Notes under the pieces: generated by a model
What the model was told of the DNA's origin: nothing
What the model saw: only the letters and a program-made list of their open reading frames with translations
The model's database searches: none
Shown: piece after piece, positions 1-12,383 of the stretch
Layout: every line of letters starts with the position of its first letter
Position numbering within the stretch: position 1 is the stretch's first letter
Made by a program: the position numbers and the translations under genes
Source: Octopus vulgaris
Lineage: Eukaryota
DNA length: 64,000 bases
Direction: 5' to 3'
Assembly (NCBI GenBank): GCA_951406725.2
Contig: OX597831.1
Span: 64,790,001-64,854,000 of the forward strand

Positions 1-67
<67 letters not shown>

Positions 68-358
68 CATATATATGTATGTATATATATGCGTTCATTT
101 TTCTTCTTTTTCGCTTCAATATTTTAAACGTTTCTTATATCTCATTGTAAACGTATTAAATATTCTTCAAATCAATTTTTTTGTAATCATTAATATTTAT
201 ATTCTGCAAGGGTGGGATGAAGAAGTGATTGCTAGATCTTTGAAATCTTGCATTAACGTCAACTCCCCTTATTAATAACTACATTGTTTCTTTCTAGGTA
301 AACTGGCATCTGACTGATAAAAGACTTCAAAATTAACTAATAGCGACTTCTCTTGGGA

Positions 359-627
359 ATAGACAAAATTTGGCATCGTGGCATCAAGTACCTGCAGAAA
401 AAGGATGTGCGTTGGCTTCATCACTTTGAGCCAGAGATAAAGAGACACTCCAAATAGTGGAAACACCCCTCCTCACCTACTCCAAAGAAGGGCAAGGTGG
501 TTTCATCTGTAGGGAAGGTGATGGCCTCAGTTTTTTTGGGATGCGAAAGGCATTGTGTATATTGACTATCTTGAAAAGGGTCGCACCGTCAATGAAGAGT
601 ATTATAGTAAATTATCGAAGCAAGTTC
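359..627 (+). mobile_element. Internally deleted mariner (irritans/Himar1-like) transposase remnant
   Basis: Manual translation gives N-terminal IDKIWHRGIKYLQKK joined to WLHHFEPEIKRHSK*WKHPSSPTPKKGKVVSSVGKVMASVF-WDAKGIVYIDYLEKGRTVNEEYY, with a stop and a frameshift; typical irritans-type mariner catalytic region. Confidence 0.8.
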
Positions 628-1011
628 TTGAAATGAAACAATTTTATTTATTTGAGCGCGCTGAGGGACATTATGATTACAAAATCGAGCAGTTTTTCAA
701 CTAGTCTACCTCAAATAGATGCAAACAAAATATTCTGTCAATGCTCTTCATTTCTTTGAAGGAAGTTTCGCTTTAAACTCTGGACCACGGTGAATCTACC
801 GAGTGGCCCTTTCCCAGACCATTGTAGGTAACAGGATTCAATGTCCTTCTTTAAAGAGACATTATCGTAATGATAAATAGGGGCTTGTACATTTGGATCT
901 GTAAAGTTTTGATTCAACAGTGCTATGTTGCGCATTGTTTTTCTCTGGGACTATGTTAATAAGAATAATTCAGGACATTATTGCCTAAACAACTCTGATA
1001 CATGTACACAT

Positions 1012-1012
<1 letters not shown>

Positions 1013-1099
<87 letters not shown>

Positions 1100-1248
1100 G
1101 TATATATATATGTATGTATATGTATATATAGGGAGAGTTTACGAAAAAAAAAACAAAAGACGAAGACAGGTGATGTACAAAACAAACAGATGTATTAGTA
1201 TAACGCTCAGGAATAGAAAAAGTCTTTCACGTTTCGAGCCTACGCTCT

Positions 1249-1335
<87 letters not shown>

Positions 1336-1398
1336 ATGTATATATATATATATTCATATATATCTATGTATATATATTCATACATATATATGTATATA

Positions 1399-1461
<63 letters not shown>

Positions 1462-1523
1462 ATGTATTTATGTATATATATATATGCACATACATATATA
1501 CTCATACACACACACACACACAC
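1013..1523. repeat. (TA)n/(TG)n microsatellite block with an embedded short PLE-like fragment (1128-1249)
   Basis: Direct inspection; the fragment shares the GTATTA...ACGCTC and ACGTTTCGAGC motifs with 11451-11640. Confidence 0.85.
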
Positions 1524-2509
1524 TTTTGAAACTATTTTATATAGTTTTATATCATCATATCATGCAATATAAAACATCGTATATATTTCGTTTTATTTTT
1601 ACAATTTTTGTAGGAGAGACTTACAGTACAAGCATGCAGCACACGGAATACCACAATACCATCAATATATACGAAAAAAAAAGTAAAGATAAAAATGGTA
1701 ATTGTTAACTGCAAATGTTACACCATATACAGAATTTCAGGAAGACGTTGAATTTTTTAGGTTTTAAGCTTTGAGCAACGATGTTGTAATGTAGAATCGG
1801 TGGGTAAAAGTTCGAGAGGAATTTATTGCTATTGTGAATAAGTTTTATTGCTTTCAAAGAATACGGTTTGAAACGTCTTACATTCTCCAGTTGTTGGTAA
1901 ATACGTTTCGTTTACACCACATACTGGGGACTGAAGGACGAGCGGCTGTCGTCATATGTGATAAATCCCAAACAAATCATTGTGATATCTTTAGCTATAA
2001 AGAAACATTAATCTTTTACTCCGTCGGAGTTAAATCATAGGATTTCAAAGGGAAGAGAAAGAGGGTATTCAGCATCGATATGCGAACAGACGATCGGGAA
2101 ACCAAAATCTGATGTTATACCCAATCGGCTACCGTGCTTCTAATCGTTAACCCCCCCACCCCAAAAAAAAAACCAAAAGGAGCTTTCATTGCTTTTTTTA
2201 CTCTTAATCATCTTTGGTCGAAGCATAGACAATCGAATTTACTCCACTATATTACTATTGGGCAGTGGGGGTGGATTGAAAGGTAAAGTTGATCTTTAGC
2301 AAAATATAAATTCAAAAATAACGTACCATTCCGACATCGTTAAGAATTTCGTCTCATTCTCGGTTATTTACAGTTCTAGGCAAACCCATTCACTCATCCA
2401 TGTTATTATGGTATGAGTGGTCACATGACACCATAACAGCTTTGCTTGCCAATGATAGAAAATGCTAGACATAGACATGATTATAGATGAAGGCACATTT
2501 GTTTGCTTT

Positions 2510-3440
2510 TTGGGTTTTCGGAAAAATTCATTTGTTTCTTTCTTGTGTTATTAAAAAAAAACATGAAAAATGTGTTTATTGCAGTGTTTTATGGCATTTT
2601 TTTTATGTGGATCTATTCTTCCTCTACAACTTTTGTTTATCGTTTTTGAAATTTAAATAAATTTTACTTTTTTTTCCCCCCGACCTATAACGATGCTGTT
2701 TCAAGTAGAAGAGAAAAGAGCATTTTCGACACCTGCTTTTCTCTTCGCTTTCAGTCCAGGTTCCAAAGTTGCCAAACCACATCGAGACATTCGTGCTGTC
2801 CATGGAAAAGGCACTATTACTGAATGAACTGCACAGTGATGGTGATCACACTTCCAGGAGAGGAAATTCGACCTTACAAACACTCCGCGTTCCGACCAAC
2901 TTGCTCAGCTCAACGAAGTTCCATTGAACGAGCTCATCCACAAGGATCCGTGCAGGTCCCCTAGGGAGTTAACCCAGCAGATGGGATGTTCTCATGATAC
3001 TGTCGCTTGTCACCTTCACTCAATAGGTAAGGGCCCAGCGAGACAATCCTGCGACACGACGTGCTTCTTCAGTACGACAACGCTCGTCTCTGTATCGCAA
3101 ATTTGACCAAAAATGCTATTCAAGAGCTCGGTTGAGAAGTTCTACCGCGCCCACAGAATTTCGCTTCAGATTATCTCCTTTTCCGACCCCTCTCCAACAG
3201 TCTGCGAGGCGTTTCGTTCAACAACAATGTGGAGTTGAAAACGTGGCTCGATGAATTCTTCGAGTCAAGACCCAATGATTTCAACTGTCAATGGCATTGA
3301 CAATCTAGCGCAACATTGGCAAGAAATCATGGACAATGAAAGAGAATATATTATCGACTGATTGGGGAAATTGTTGATGAAAAATAAGGATTATGAAAAA
3401 ATAAAAAAAAAAAAAGGAAAGAATTTATCTGATAACCCAA
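2510..3440 (+). mobile_element. Degenerate, internally deleted mariner element with both TIRs
   Basis: TIRs TTGGGTTTTCGGAAAAATTC (2510) and GAATTTATCTGATAACCCAA (3421-3440); remnants EHFRHLL, YDNAR, ELG*EVLPRP, SDYLLFRPLSNSLRGVSFNNNVELKTWLDEFFESRP. Confidence 0.85.
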
Positions 3441-3854
3441 TGCAATAAAATCAAATGAAATGATTTTTCAGAGTAATGGAAGGGAAAAAGAAAAAAAAAA
3501 GCAAATTTTATATAATGCAAACAGAGATATCAAGTGACTACTTTTTTGTGGTCACGTGGTTAAATTGTGAGAAAGTACCGTACAATGTGAATTTGACAGG
3601 AAAAAGATTTTATAACTTAATTACTGCCCATTTATCGTATCAGATTCATTTAAAATTTCGTTCGTTACTGTTTGTACCAATTTTTATGCTCCCTTCTAAT
3701 TTGTATCTTAAATGAGTATAAACAGTGGATGGGAAGATGTGCTTTTCATGCCTTTTTCTGGAAGCTCTAAATACCCATTATCTCTGAAATATGGATGAGG
3801 CCTTCCTCAAAATAATTGTTTCTAAATTAAGTAGAAAACCAAGAATTTTGAGTT

Positions 3855-4185
3855 TTAGCCGATTACATTTACCCCGATTACTCGGCAGGTACTCAATATT
3901 ATCGGACCCGGAGGGGTGAAAGGCAAAGTTGACCTCGGCGAGAGTTGAACTGTCGCGTGGAACTTTGTCCGGCGCATTAAAGATTCTACAATTCTACAGC
4001 TCTCACTATCCTGATAATCCTTTCTACTCTGGGCACGAGGCCTGAAACTTAGGGAAAGGGGTTAGCCGATTACATCGACTCCCAGTGCTCAACGTAATTA
4101 TTTCATCGATCATGGAATTTGAACTCAGAATGTAAAGACGGACAATATTTCGTCCGGCATGCTAACAATTCACCCAGCTCGCCGT
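3855..4185 (-). mobile_element. Two degenerate copies of SINE family A
   Basis: Reverse complements of family A motifs: GACTTTGCCTTTCATCC...GATAAATTAAGTACC core and GGCGAGCTGG head. Confidence 0.75.
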
Positions 4186-4692
4186 CTTCACCGTCCTGAA
4201 AATAATACCTCGTTATATTGGCACAGGGAACAGCATACATTTCCCAGATGCAATAAAGACGTCAATTTCAATTTCGATAAGGAATCGAAGCTAAGTTATT
4301 GACTCAGCTGATCGGGTGCACGACATTAAAATTATTGAAATGATAAATTAAACGGTAGAACAGTAGAAAATGATAATAAAATAAAATGGAATTGTTATAA
4401 ATTCTTTCAGAGAAAAGCAAACAAATATACAGAAAAGTTAAAAAAGTTACAGATAGTTCATCGCTGATTTTTCATTCGTTATTTCTACTTAAAATGCATC
4501 AATAGAGAGGGTACCATAGCTCGATGAAGTGTCGTCCGTTGTCTAGTATTTTTCAGACAAGTTGTCTTTGTATGTGATTTCGCATGGATTTAGTTGAACA
4601 CGATGTTTTAACCGCTGAATGAGAGATATGAAGGCACTTGTGATTTAAGACAGTCGTTTAAGTGAAAGGTTGGTGTCAGTGGTTGCTCCAGT

Positions 4693-4714
4693 TCAGAAGT
4701 AATCATACGCCACT
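4693..4714 (-). CDS. Probable terminal coding exon of the membrane protein gene (R-VAYDYF-stop)
   Basis: Acceptor tatatttccag|A, phase 2 matching the upstream donor at 5718; reads A GTG GCG TAT GAT TAC TTC TGA. Confidence 0.55.
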
Positions 4715-4864
4715 CTGGAAATATATATAAAATTTAAAAAAAACACATGACAGCTGATTTGCAAGATGTTATATATTACAGTTATAACGTTATGAAACAA
4801 AAAGCATTCCATCCGTATTCATCCAGTATTCCTAGGAGTATCTAGGACTATATTATCTAATGTG

Positions 4865-5087
4865 AAGGCGGCGAGCTGGCAGAAACGTTAGCACGCCGGG
4901 CGAAATGCGTAGCCGTATTCCGTCTGCCGTTACGTTCTGGGTTCAAATTCCGCCGAGGCCGACTTTGCCTTTCATCCTTTCGGAGTCGATAAATTAAGTA
5001 CCAGTTACGCACTGGGGTCGATATAATCGACTTAATCCGTTTGTCTGTCCCCTCTGTGTTTAGCCCCTTGTGGGTAGTAAAGAAATA
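4865..5087 (+). mobile_element. Full-length tRNA-derived SINE family A in an intron, with 16-bp TSD
   Basis: A-box-like GGCGAGCTGGCAGA and B-box GGTTCAAATTCC; TSD TATATTATCTAATGTG at 4849-4864 and 5088-5103. Confidence 0.9.
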
Positions 5088-5572
5088 TATATTATCTAAT
5101 GTGTCCTTTCCATATATTTAAGATGGTAGGGTGTGATGTAAAGGGGATTTGGCTGGTATTTCCAACATATCGCTTGATCGCATGATTAAGTACATTGAGG
5201 GTTCTGCAGTAAGAAAGTATATGTAACGAGACTATATTAACTAACAGGCGGTAATGAGTTTAGATCGATTTAAATGGTTTTTGAATTTTGTTGTGCAGAG
5301 ACTGTAAGCTTTCAAGATCTCTGTAGGGTCTCGTTCTTGGACCTGCAAATGTTACCAATAGAATAACACTATATTTAACATAATTATTTCAATTAGAAAA
5401 CCATGTCCAACCCCTGCATCACTAACTTGTTACTATATAGAAACTAATTGATGGTAATTATTCTTTGTGATGAAGTCAGAATAAGGTGGAAATATGTTCA
5501 AAGTGGTCTTCTGAACTTGCTGGAAACTGAAGCTAATGTTGTTAGTCATGGACAAATATGGTTTTTTTTTAT

Positions 5573-5703
5573 ATCACATAATTATTCCTAATTAGCGTTT
5601 TAATCCTCATCCCCATCACCTGTGTTAAATATATCGTTTTATGATCACATAATTATTCATAATTAACGTTTTAATTCCCATCCTCCTCCCCTGTTAAATA
5701 TAT
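5573..5703. repeat. About 70-bp diverged tandem duplication in the intron
   Basis: ATCACATAATTATTC...GTTAAATATAT occurs at about 5573-5634 and 5644-5703. Confidence 0.8.
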
Positions 5704-5717
5704 TAACAATAACTTAC

Positions 5718-6257
5718 CTGTATGATCGTTCACTTCTAACTGGCAAAGAGCAGGATGCATCTGCTGGGCTAGTTGGGTGGTAGTCTTCAGCATAACGTGT
5801 ATAAGGCGGGGGAGCCGAAGCTAGGAAGTAAGGGTCAAGCACGTAGTCTTCATTACGCATGTAGTCGCGTGCTGAGACGTTTGCATTGCTCCGGGTCAAG
5901 AGAAGAGGTGGCGGAGATGGTGGCGGCGGACCGGGGTAATAACTCGGACTGGCTTCTGTTATGTGGCTCGGTGGAAGAGATATTTGCTGAAAGCCTCCGT
6001 CAGCATCTGGCAGATTAGCAGCTTGTGTCTGTGACGAAGAGTTCCATTGTTGTCCACCCTGGTTCGAGACTGGACTATGGATATGCGGCAACGAATTGAC
6101 CATTCGAGGATGGTATATATTAAACAGGCCGTTTAGTTCATCGCTGTTGCTTGTGTAAGCTGGGTTTTCGCCTCCAACGCCGCCGATGCTGTCGCCAGTG
6201 GTACAACTGATCCCTATTCCGCCCCTTCCTGGGTTCACTGCCTCTTCATTGCGAGAC
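5718..6257 (-). CDS. Internal exon (540 nt, phase 2-2): Pro/Ser-rich cytoplasmic tail with NPAY and PPPY motifs
   Basis: Acceptor aatttctacag|G at 6257, donor AG|gtaagt at 5718, open frame throughout, GC-rich non-repetitive sequence. Confidence 0.85.
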
Positions 6258-6675
6258 CTGTAGAAATTAAACGAACTACAATTCAGTTGTGCAGATCAAT
6301 GTTATTGGCTTATTGCATTGATTGATTAGGTAAACCTCAAACTCGCCCCTCTCTCTCTTTCTTTGTCTGTCTCTCTGTCTATATATCTCTCTCTCTCTCT
6401 CCCTCACTCATTCTCTCTACCTTCTCTCTCTCGCATTCACTCTCTCCCTCTGCCTGCATTTACACAAACATTTAAATGCTTACAGATTATTTAAAGGATT
6501 TTCGATAAGAAGTAGAAACATAATATAATATATATATTGTGTTATATTGTATTATATATATATATATGTATATATATGTTGTTTTATATTATATTGTATA
6601 TCTCCTCCTTCTCCTCAACATCATTACCGTAAAGAAATAAGTTCATAGTTTAGGGAACAGATACATACTTTAAAC

Positions 6676-7027
6676 CGGTGATTCTCAACTAGGGTCCATA
6701 TGACCCTAAAGGGTCAATATAAGTGTTTGTGGGGTCCACGCAAGTAAAATAGTAAATTGGGGATCCACAGAAGTATATTAAGGGTCCATGAAAACATTTT
6801 TACTTAAGATACATTTATTGCAAGAAACAGTTAGGTTTCTTTCGCAAACATTTTACATAATTCAACCTACACGAGTTAATGTATGAAAAATAAAATAGGA
6901 GTTTTGAAAGGAGTATCTATAAAAGTAGTTTTTAAACACTGAATGGCGATAGGGGTTCAACAGGACAGAATAGTAACGAAAGGAATCTATAGATAAAAAA
7001 ACAAAACAAAATGGTCGCGAACCACTG
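6676..7027. mobile_element. hAT/Charlie-type MITE
   Basis: Termini CGGTGATTCTCAAC and GGTCGCGAACCACTG; 8-bp TSD CTTTAAAC/TTTTAAAC. Confidence 0.8.
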
Positions 7028-7075
7028 TTTTAAACCATACATTAAAGAGACTCAATGACACCATCGTCTATTTAC

Positions 7076-7271
7076 CTGGTTCGAACTGGCGAATCTTCTG
7101 CACGGTCTTGTTTTCTGCGAGTGGCCAAGAAACAGATCAGCATTGTCAAAAGAGTGATCAATACAATCACTCCGGTGACCCAAATGATTATCACTTCAGC
7201 ATCAACATCCCACATGGAATCGATGTTTTCTTCTGTCTCGTTAGGTTCTGGAGCCGTAGACACAACTTTAC
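7076..7271 (-). CDS. Internal exon (196 nt, phase 1-2) encoding acidic juxtamembrane segment, transmembrane helix and RRK stop-transfer
   Basis: Acceptor ttttcag|GT, donor AG|gtaaat; VIIIWVTGVIVLITLLTMLICFLAT followed by RRK; splices in frame (AG+G=Arg) to the 6257 exon. Confidence 0.85.
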
Positions 7272-7524
7272 CTGAAAAGTTCAAAAAAAAAAAACCGTTC
7301 TGAAATCTCGTTTAATTGTTTAACACCTGTTCTGCATAGAGCGACCACCATACCTTAGTGAAATGGATCACTGTTGGTTTCGACAACGATGAGAATAAGT
7401 TTTTTAACCCGCTGAATCACCTGTTCATTGAATTAACGTATAAGTGGCTAATATTCCGCAGGTAATAACTGTTGTTAACATAATTTCCTGGCGGAATTAG
7501 TATGACATAGGTACAATCCATCGG

Positions 7525-7682
7525 ACGGGGTTTCACACAGTTCCCATCTACCCTATTTCATTCACAAAGGTTAGACCCCACCCGAAGCTATGTTAAAAGG
7601 CATTTGCTCAAAATATCAAGTAATGGGATCGAACCCGAAACCTGGTGATTGCAAAGTGAGCTTCTTAACCACTCGGCCATGC
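7525..7682 (-). mobile_element. SINE family B head, degenerate
   Basis: Reverse complement gives TGGCCGAGTGGTTAAG...GGGTTCGATCCC (Pol III A/B boxes) plus family B body. Confidence 0.7.
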
Positions 7683-7935
7683 TATGTACATACTCAAAAT
7701 GTAAGGCGAGGATTTTTAGTTAAATGAATTTCTAACCTTAGTAATGGATTAAAAACCATCTTAATGACTGATTTTTTGGTCAAGAAGGCAGCTCCAGGAT
7801 TAAAAAGAATTGATATTAGAACGTAATGGGGAATAAGTCTTGTTTCTGGCGGTATGGTGATAATCCCGGACATGTTCCAGTCATATTAAGCCTCATCAAG
7901 TGTGTGCCGTTTAACTGTATTGCCATATTTTAAAA

Positions 7936-7982
<47 letters not shown>

Positions 7983-8454
7983 TAATATGAAAAAAAATCT
8001 AGCTATGAAAATAAATCTAATAACATAAAATTCTCGTATTTGAAACACTGCACACATTTCTATGTGCATCATGGTAGAGTCACCGAAATGATCAAACACA
8101 CACACGCGTCCTATTATATTTAATCTCATTTCATCAGTTTGTGATATTACAATATACTATCAAGGCAGCGAGCTGGTAGGATCGTTAAGACGACGGACAA
8201 AATGCTTAGCGGCATTTCGTCGGCTGCAACTAAAGAAAATGTGAAAGTTTTCCTCAACATCTCCCAAAAACCGTGTCGCCATGCAGCCAACCATTATCTG
8301 TCCAATCAAAGAACACAAAATTCCTCACTCAGTCTTTACTTACTACAATACAGACTTTATTCAGATCGATCATTTGATTCCAATTGATATCTCTGATTAC
8401 AATGTGATACAACTTCCTTCATACGGCATATTCATCGCATTGAAATGAGTTCAA

Positions 8455-8864
8455 GGATCTTTTCGGTTTGAACGGCAGCTTTTTCTAGCGGTGTCATATG
8501 AAATTGTCACCCATAATTATGACCCTAGAATCGATCTATTGCATTTCAATCTGTTTTAGGGTTAGGGTTAGTGGGGGGGGGGAAGGGTATCTTTTTTCTT
8601 CCCAAATGTAAATAAACCCAATCTGTTTCTTAAACGAGGGGCATATTCATACGGCACAGAATGCTTTTTAACTCAATAGACGTCATTGATTGGTTGAAAT
8701 TGAAGAAAAAAACAACAACAAACATCTTACAAACTATAGAATTTTCTTAATAAAGCCAAGAGAAAAAGATGTTTTATAAACACATTCTACCAGTATACGA
8801 AGTTTAAAATTTTTTAGCTACCTAGAAATTATGTTAAAAACTGCCGTTCAAACAGAAAAGATCC
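8455..8864 (+). mobile_element. MITE, Merlin-like (GG...CC ends, 8-bp TSD), with internal TTAGGG repeats
   Basis: TIR GGATCTTTTCGGTTTGAACGGCAG; TSD GAGTTCAA at 8447-8454 and 8865-8872. Confidence 0.85.
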
Positions 8865-8919
8865 GAGTTCAATGCTAAGTGAACCATTTTCATACGTGTT
8901 TCTAGTACGTCTGTGTGCA

Positions 8920-8969
<50 letters not shown>

Positions 8970-9146
8970 TGTGCGTGTGCGTGTGCATATGCATGTGAAT
9001 ACGAGTTCTTATTCTTAGTGTGCGTGTGGAGAGAGAGGAGGGGAGGAAATTTAGTTTATGGGTACATAAATACACATATGCATACACGCACATATTGTAT
9101 ATGCGGACATAAGTGTATGTTTGCGTACTAGTGTGTATATGTATGT

Positions 9147-9185
<39 letters not shown>

Positions 9186-9388
9186 TGTGTGTGTGTGTAC
9201 GCGTGTGTGTGGTGTGCATGTATGTGTGTGTCTGTGTGTATGTGAGTGCGTGCGCTTGTGTTTGTCTCTCACCATTTGACAACCAATATTGGTTTGTTTG
9301 TGTCCTATCAACTAGCGGCTCAGCAAAAAGAGATTGACAGAACAAGTATCAGACTCAAAATTAGGTATTAGGTAGTCCCAGCATGAGA

Positions 9389-9463
<75 letters not shown>

Positions 9464-9559
9464 ACATGTTCATAGGCATATACATATATGTAAATTCTAT
9501 TTATACCAGATGGACCTTCCCTTATGAAATATTCATAAAATAAACATACAATTGATTTT

Positions 9560-9975
9560 GGATCTTTTCGGTTTGAACGGCAGTTTTTAACATAATTTCT
9601 TGCTAACTAAAAAATTTTAAACTTTGTATACTGGTAGAATGTGTTTATAAAACATCTTTTTCTCTTGGCTTTATTGAGAAAATTCTAGTTTGTAAGATAT
9701 TTGTTGTTGTTTTTTCTGCAATTTCTGCAATTTCAACCAATCAGTGACGTCTATTGAGTTAAAAAGCATTCTCTGCCGTATGAACATGTCCCTCATTTAA
9801 GAAACAGATTGGGTTTATTTACATTTCTAAAGAAAAAAAAGATACCCTTCCCCCACTCCTAACCCTAACCTTAAAATAGATTGAAATACAATAGATCGAT
9901 ACTAGGGTCATAATTATGGGTGACAATTTCATATGACACCGCTAGAAAAAACTGCCGTTCAAACCGAAAAGATCC
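9560..9975 (-). mobile_element. Second copy of the same MITE, opposite orientation
   Basis: Same TIRs; TSD TTGATTTT at 9552-9559 and 9976-9983; internal CCTAACCCTAACC. Confidence 0.85.
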
Positions 9976-11148
9976 TTGATTTTTATCAAAATATTTTCAT
10001 TTAAAACAAAACTTGCTTATAATACTCTGCCTTTGTATCCAAAATGTTAAAGAGGAAACCTTCGAATTAAGAAGAAAACTGAGCCAATGAACTCAGGTAT
10101 TAAATCATTAAAACGAAACAAATAAATAAATAAATTGAAGAAAAAAGTGAGGATATCTCGTGTTCGATTACTTTATTGTAAATCAATTGATTGTGAAGTT
10201 GCTTTATTTGTTTATTCTTATTTGTGAAGTCTGGTAACATCAGCACGTGCTGTCAGCAGCCGGCTTCCACTAAGATGGCGGGAAATATGGTAGTCAGTTT
10301 GAAGTTGTTATATTAGATTCTGCGTTTCCTCTGCTTTAAGACTGTCATCCCCAATGTCCCAGATTTATCAGTCGTTCCCAAACAATTGTATTTCTCGAGA
10401 GCGATTATCCGAATTGCATTTGGAAGTCTTAATAGAACCGCCTTGGATGGTGGCGTCATTAGAAATTGTTCTTCATAGCTTGGTCGATATCTCACCGACT
10501 TAATCGTAGATTCACTACACACACACATGCACGCACGCACGCTCAGACGCATACACGCATACCAGACACACATTATTTCTCATATTCCTCATCTCCCATC
10601 ACCAGACTCACTACAAAGTAACGTTACCACCAACTCCCACATTATGTCTTGTTATAATATTACACAAATCTAAAATTCTGAACTGACATTAATCAATAAC
10701 TCTCTGTTCTTTAATCTTATTTTATTGTTTTCAATTAGCTTCCATTGTTCTCCGGGAGCTCCCATCATTTCTCTTGCTGTCATGCCTTTCCCAACACATC
10801 GTTGTTAAGAACTGATATTCCTAAACGTCTTACGTCTCGGAATAATAACTTAGCCATTATCCTAGAATTCTTTGATGATAACAAATTAGCGTTATTGCTT
10901 TGTAGCTTTTTAATGACAATTAATTAATAATTATTTACAATGGTTGATAATTATAGCTATCTATGGATGATTATTATTATTTTGGTTAGATAATCATTAA
11001 TAATTATAAAGAATTATTGATGGCGATTGACAGTTATAATTAATTATTATGCCTACATTCATTGCTACTGAATTCCATTAATTATATAGCTTTTAATTTT
11101 GTGAAACACACACACACCTGATTTTGGTTACGTAATAGTACATACATA

Positions 11149-11217
<69 letters not shown>

Positions 11218-11225
11218 TATATATA

Positions 11226-11325
<100 letters not shown>

Positions 11326-11364
11326 GGTCATACATATATACATACATACATACACACAGAACTG

Positions 11365-11428
<64 letters not shown>

Positions 11429-11450
11429 ATACATATATATATTTATATAA

Positions 11451-11640
11451 AGTTAATCCAAACAAGAAAACACAGAAAAAAGGAGAAAAAAAAACACACC
11501 AACGCAGGACGTGGAACAATTAAAGTATTATTGACGCTCGGGAAAGAAGTGAAGGAGGGTTTAACGTTTCGAGCGGAGCTCTTCGTCGGAAACAAGGAGA
11601 AGGAAAGATCCCAAGAAGGGAAGATAGAGGAAAAAATATT
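11451..11640 (-). mobile_element. PLE-like terminal repeat fragment between (TA)n tracts
   Basis: Reverse complement homologous to 33420-33620; carries a hammerhead motif. Confidence 0.7.
11559..11593 (-). ncRNA. Minimal type I hammerhead ribozyme motif (CCGACGA core)
   Basis: Reverse complement GTTT-CCGACGA-A-GAGC-TCC-GCTC-GAAA-CGTT-AAAC. Confidence 0.65.
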
Positions 11641-11706
11641 TGAGCTGGTGGTGCTCAAGAGATCACATGTTGAAAGAACAGAAGTTGAGAGGTAGTCGAA
11701 GCATGG

Positions 11707-11776
<70 letters not shown>

Positions 11777-12094
11777 GTGTATAGGTGGGGTATGTGTGTA
11801 TACATGGATATGCATATATACGCCTATGGATTATGTGTATATGTTAGGTAAATGTATGTTGTTCTTGTTTAACCACAAGTCACCCTGACTGAGCAGATCT
11901 AAGACTAAAAGCATTCCAGATGTGATCACCTCGTTTATATCTTCGGTAAAATGAACGCAGGGTCACATTTATAGAATGTATTCTGCAACTTGAAGGAAAT
12001 TTGACTGCATTTTCCAGCAACTGCATAGAGCCTATTTCCTATGCTGAAAATGTGTGTGTGTAAGTGTATGTATGTATGTATGTATGTATGTATG

Positions 12095-12127
<33 letters not shown>

Positions 12128-12329
12128 GTATGTGCATGCATATATATATATACACACATATATATACACGCATATGTACGTATATATATATACACACACA
12201 CACTCATGTACATAAGTATACATACACACACAAATTCAGACACACGCACATACACATAGATATATATGCATACACACAATATATGTGTGTGTGTGTATGT
12301 AATACATTTATATAATACACACATATATG

Positions 12330-12383
<54 letters not shown>

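Noticed and set aside
985-1708. YI/CV/HT-repeat ORFs here and throughout the window
   Set aside because: Dinucleotide microsatellites lack stop codons, so these ORFs are artefacts
5773-7303. Plus-strand ORFs 5773-6018 and 7055-7303
   Set aside because: Antisense shadows of the real minus-strand exons
7697-7876. Minus-strand short ORF MSGIITIPPETRLIPHYVLISILF as the first coding exon
   Set aside because: Its available donor is phase 2, incompatible with the phase-1 acceptor at 7271
10313-10515. Minus-strand ORF ESTIKSVRY...QRKRRI as an exon of the membrane protein gene
   Set aside because: Ends in a stop with no convincing phase-1 donor; acceptor lies in a TG repeat; no recognisable homology
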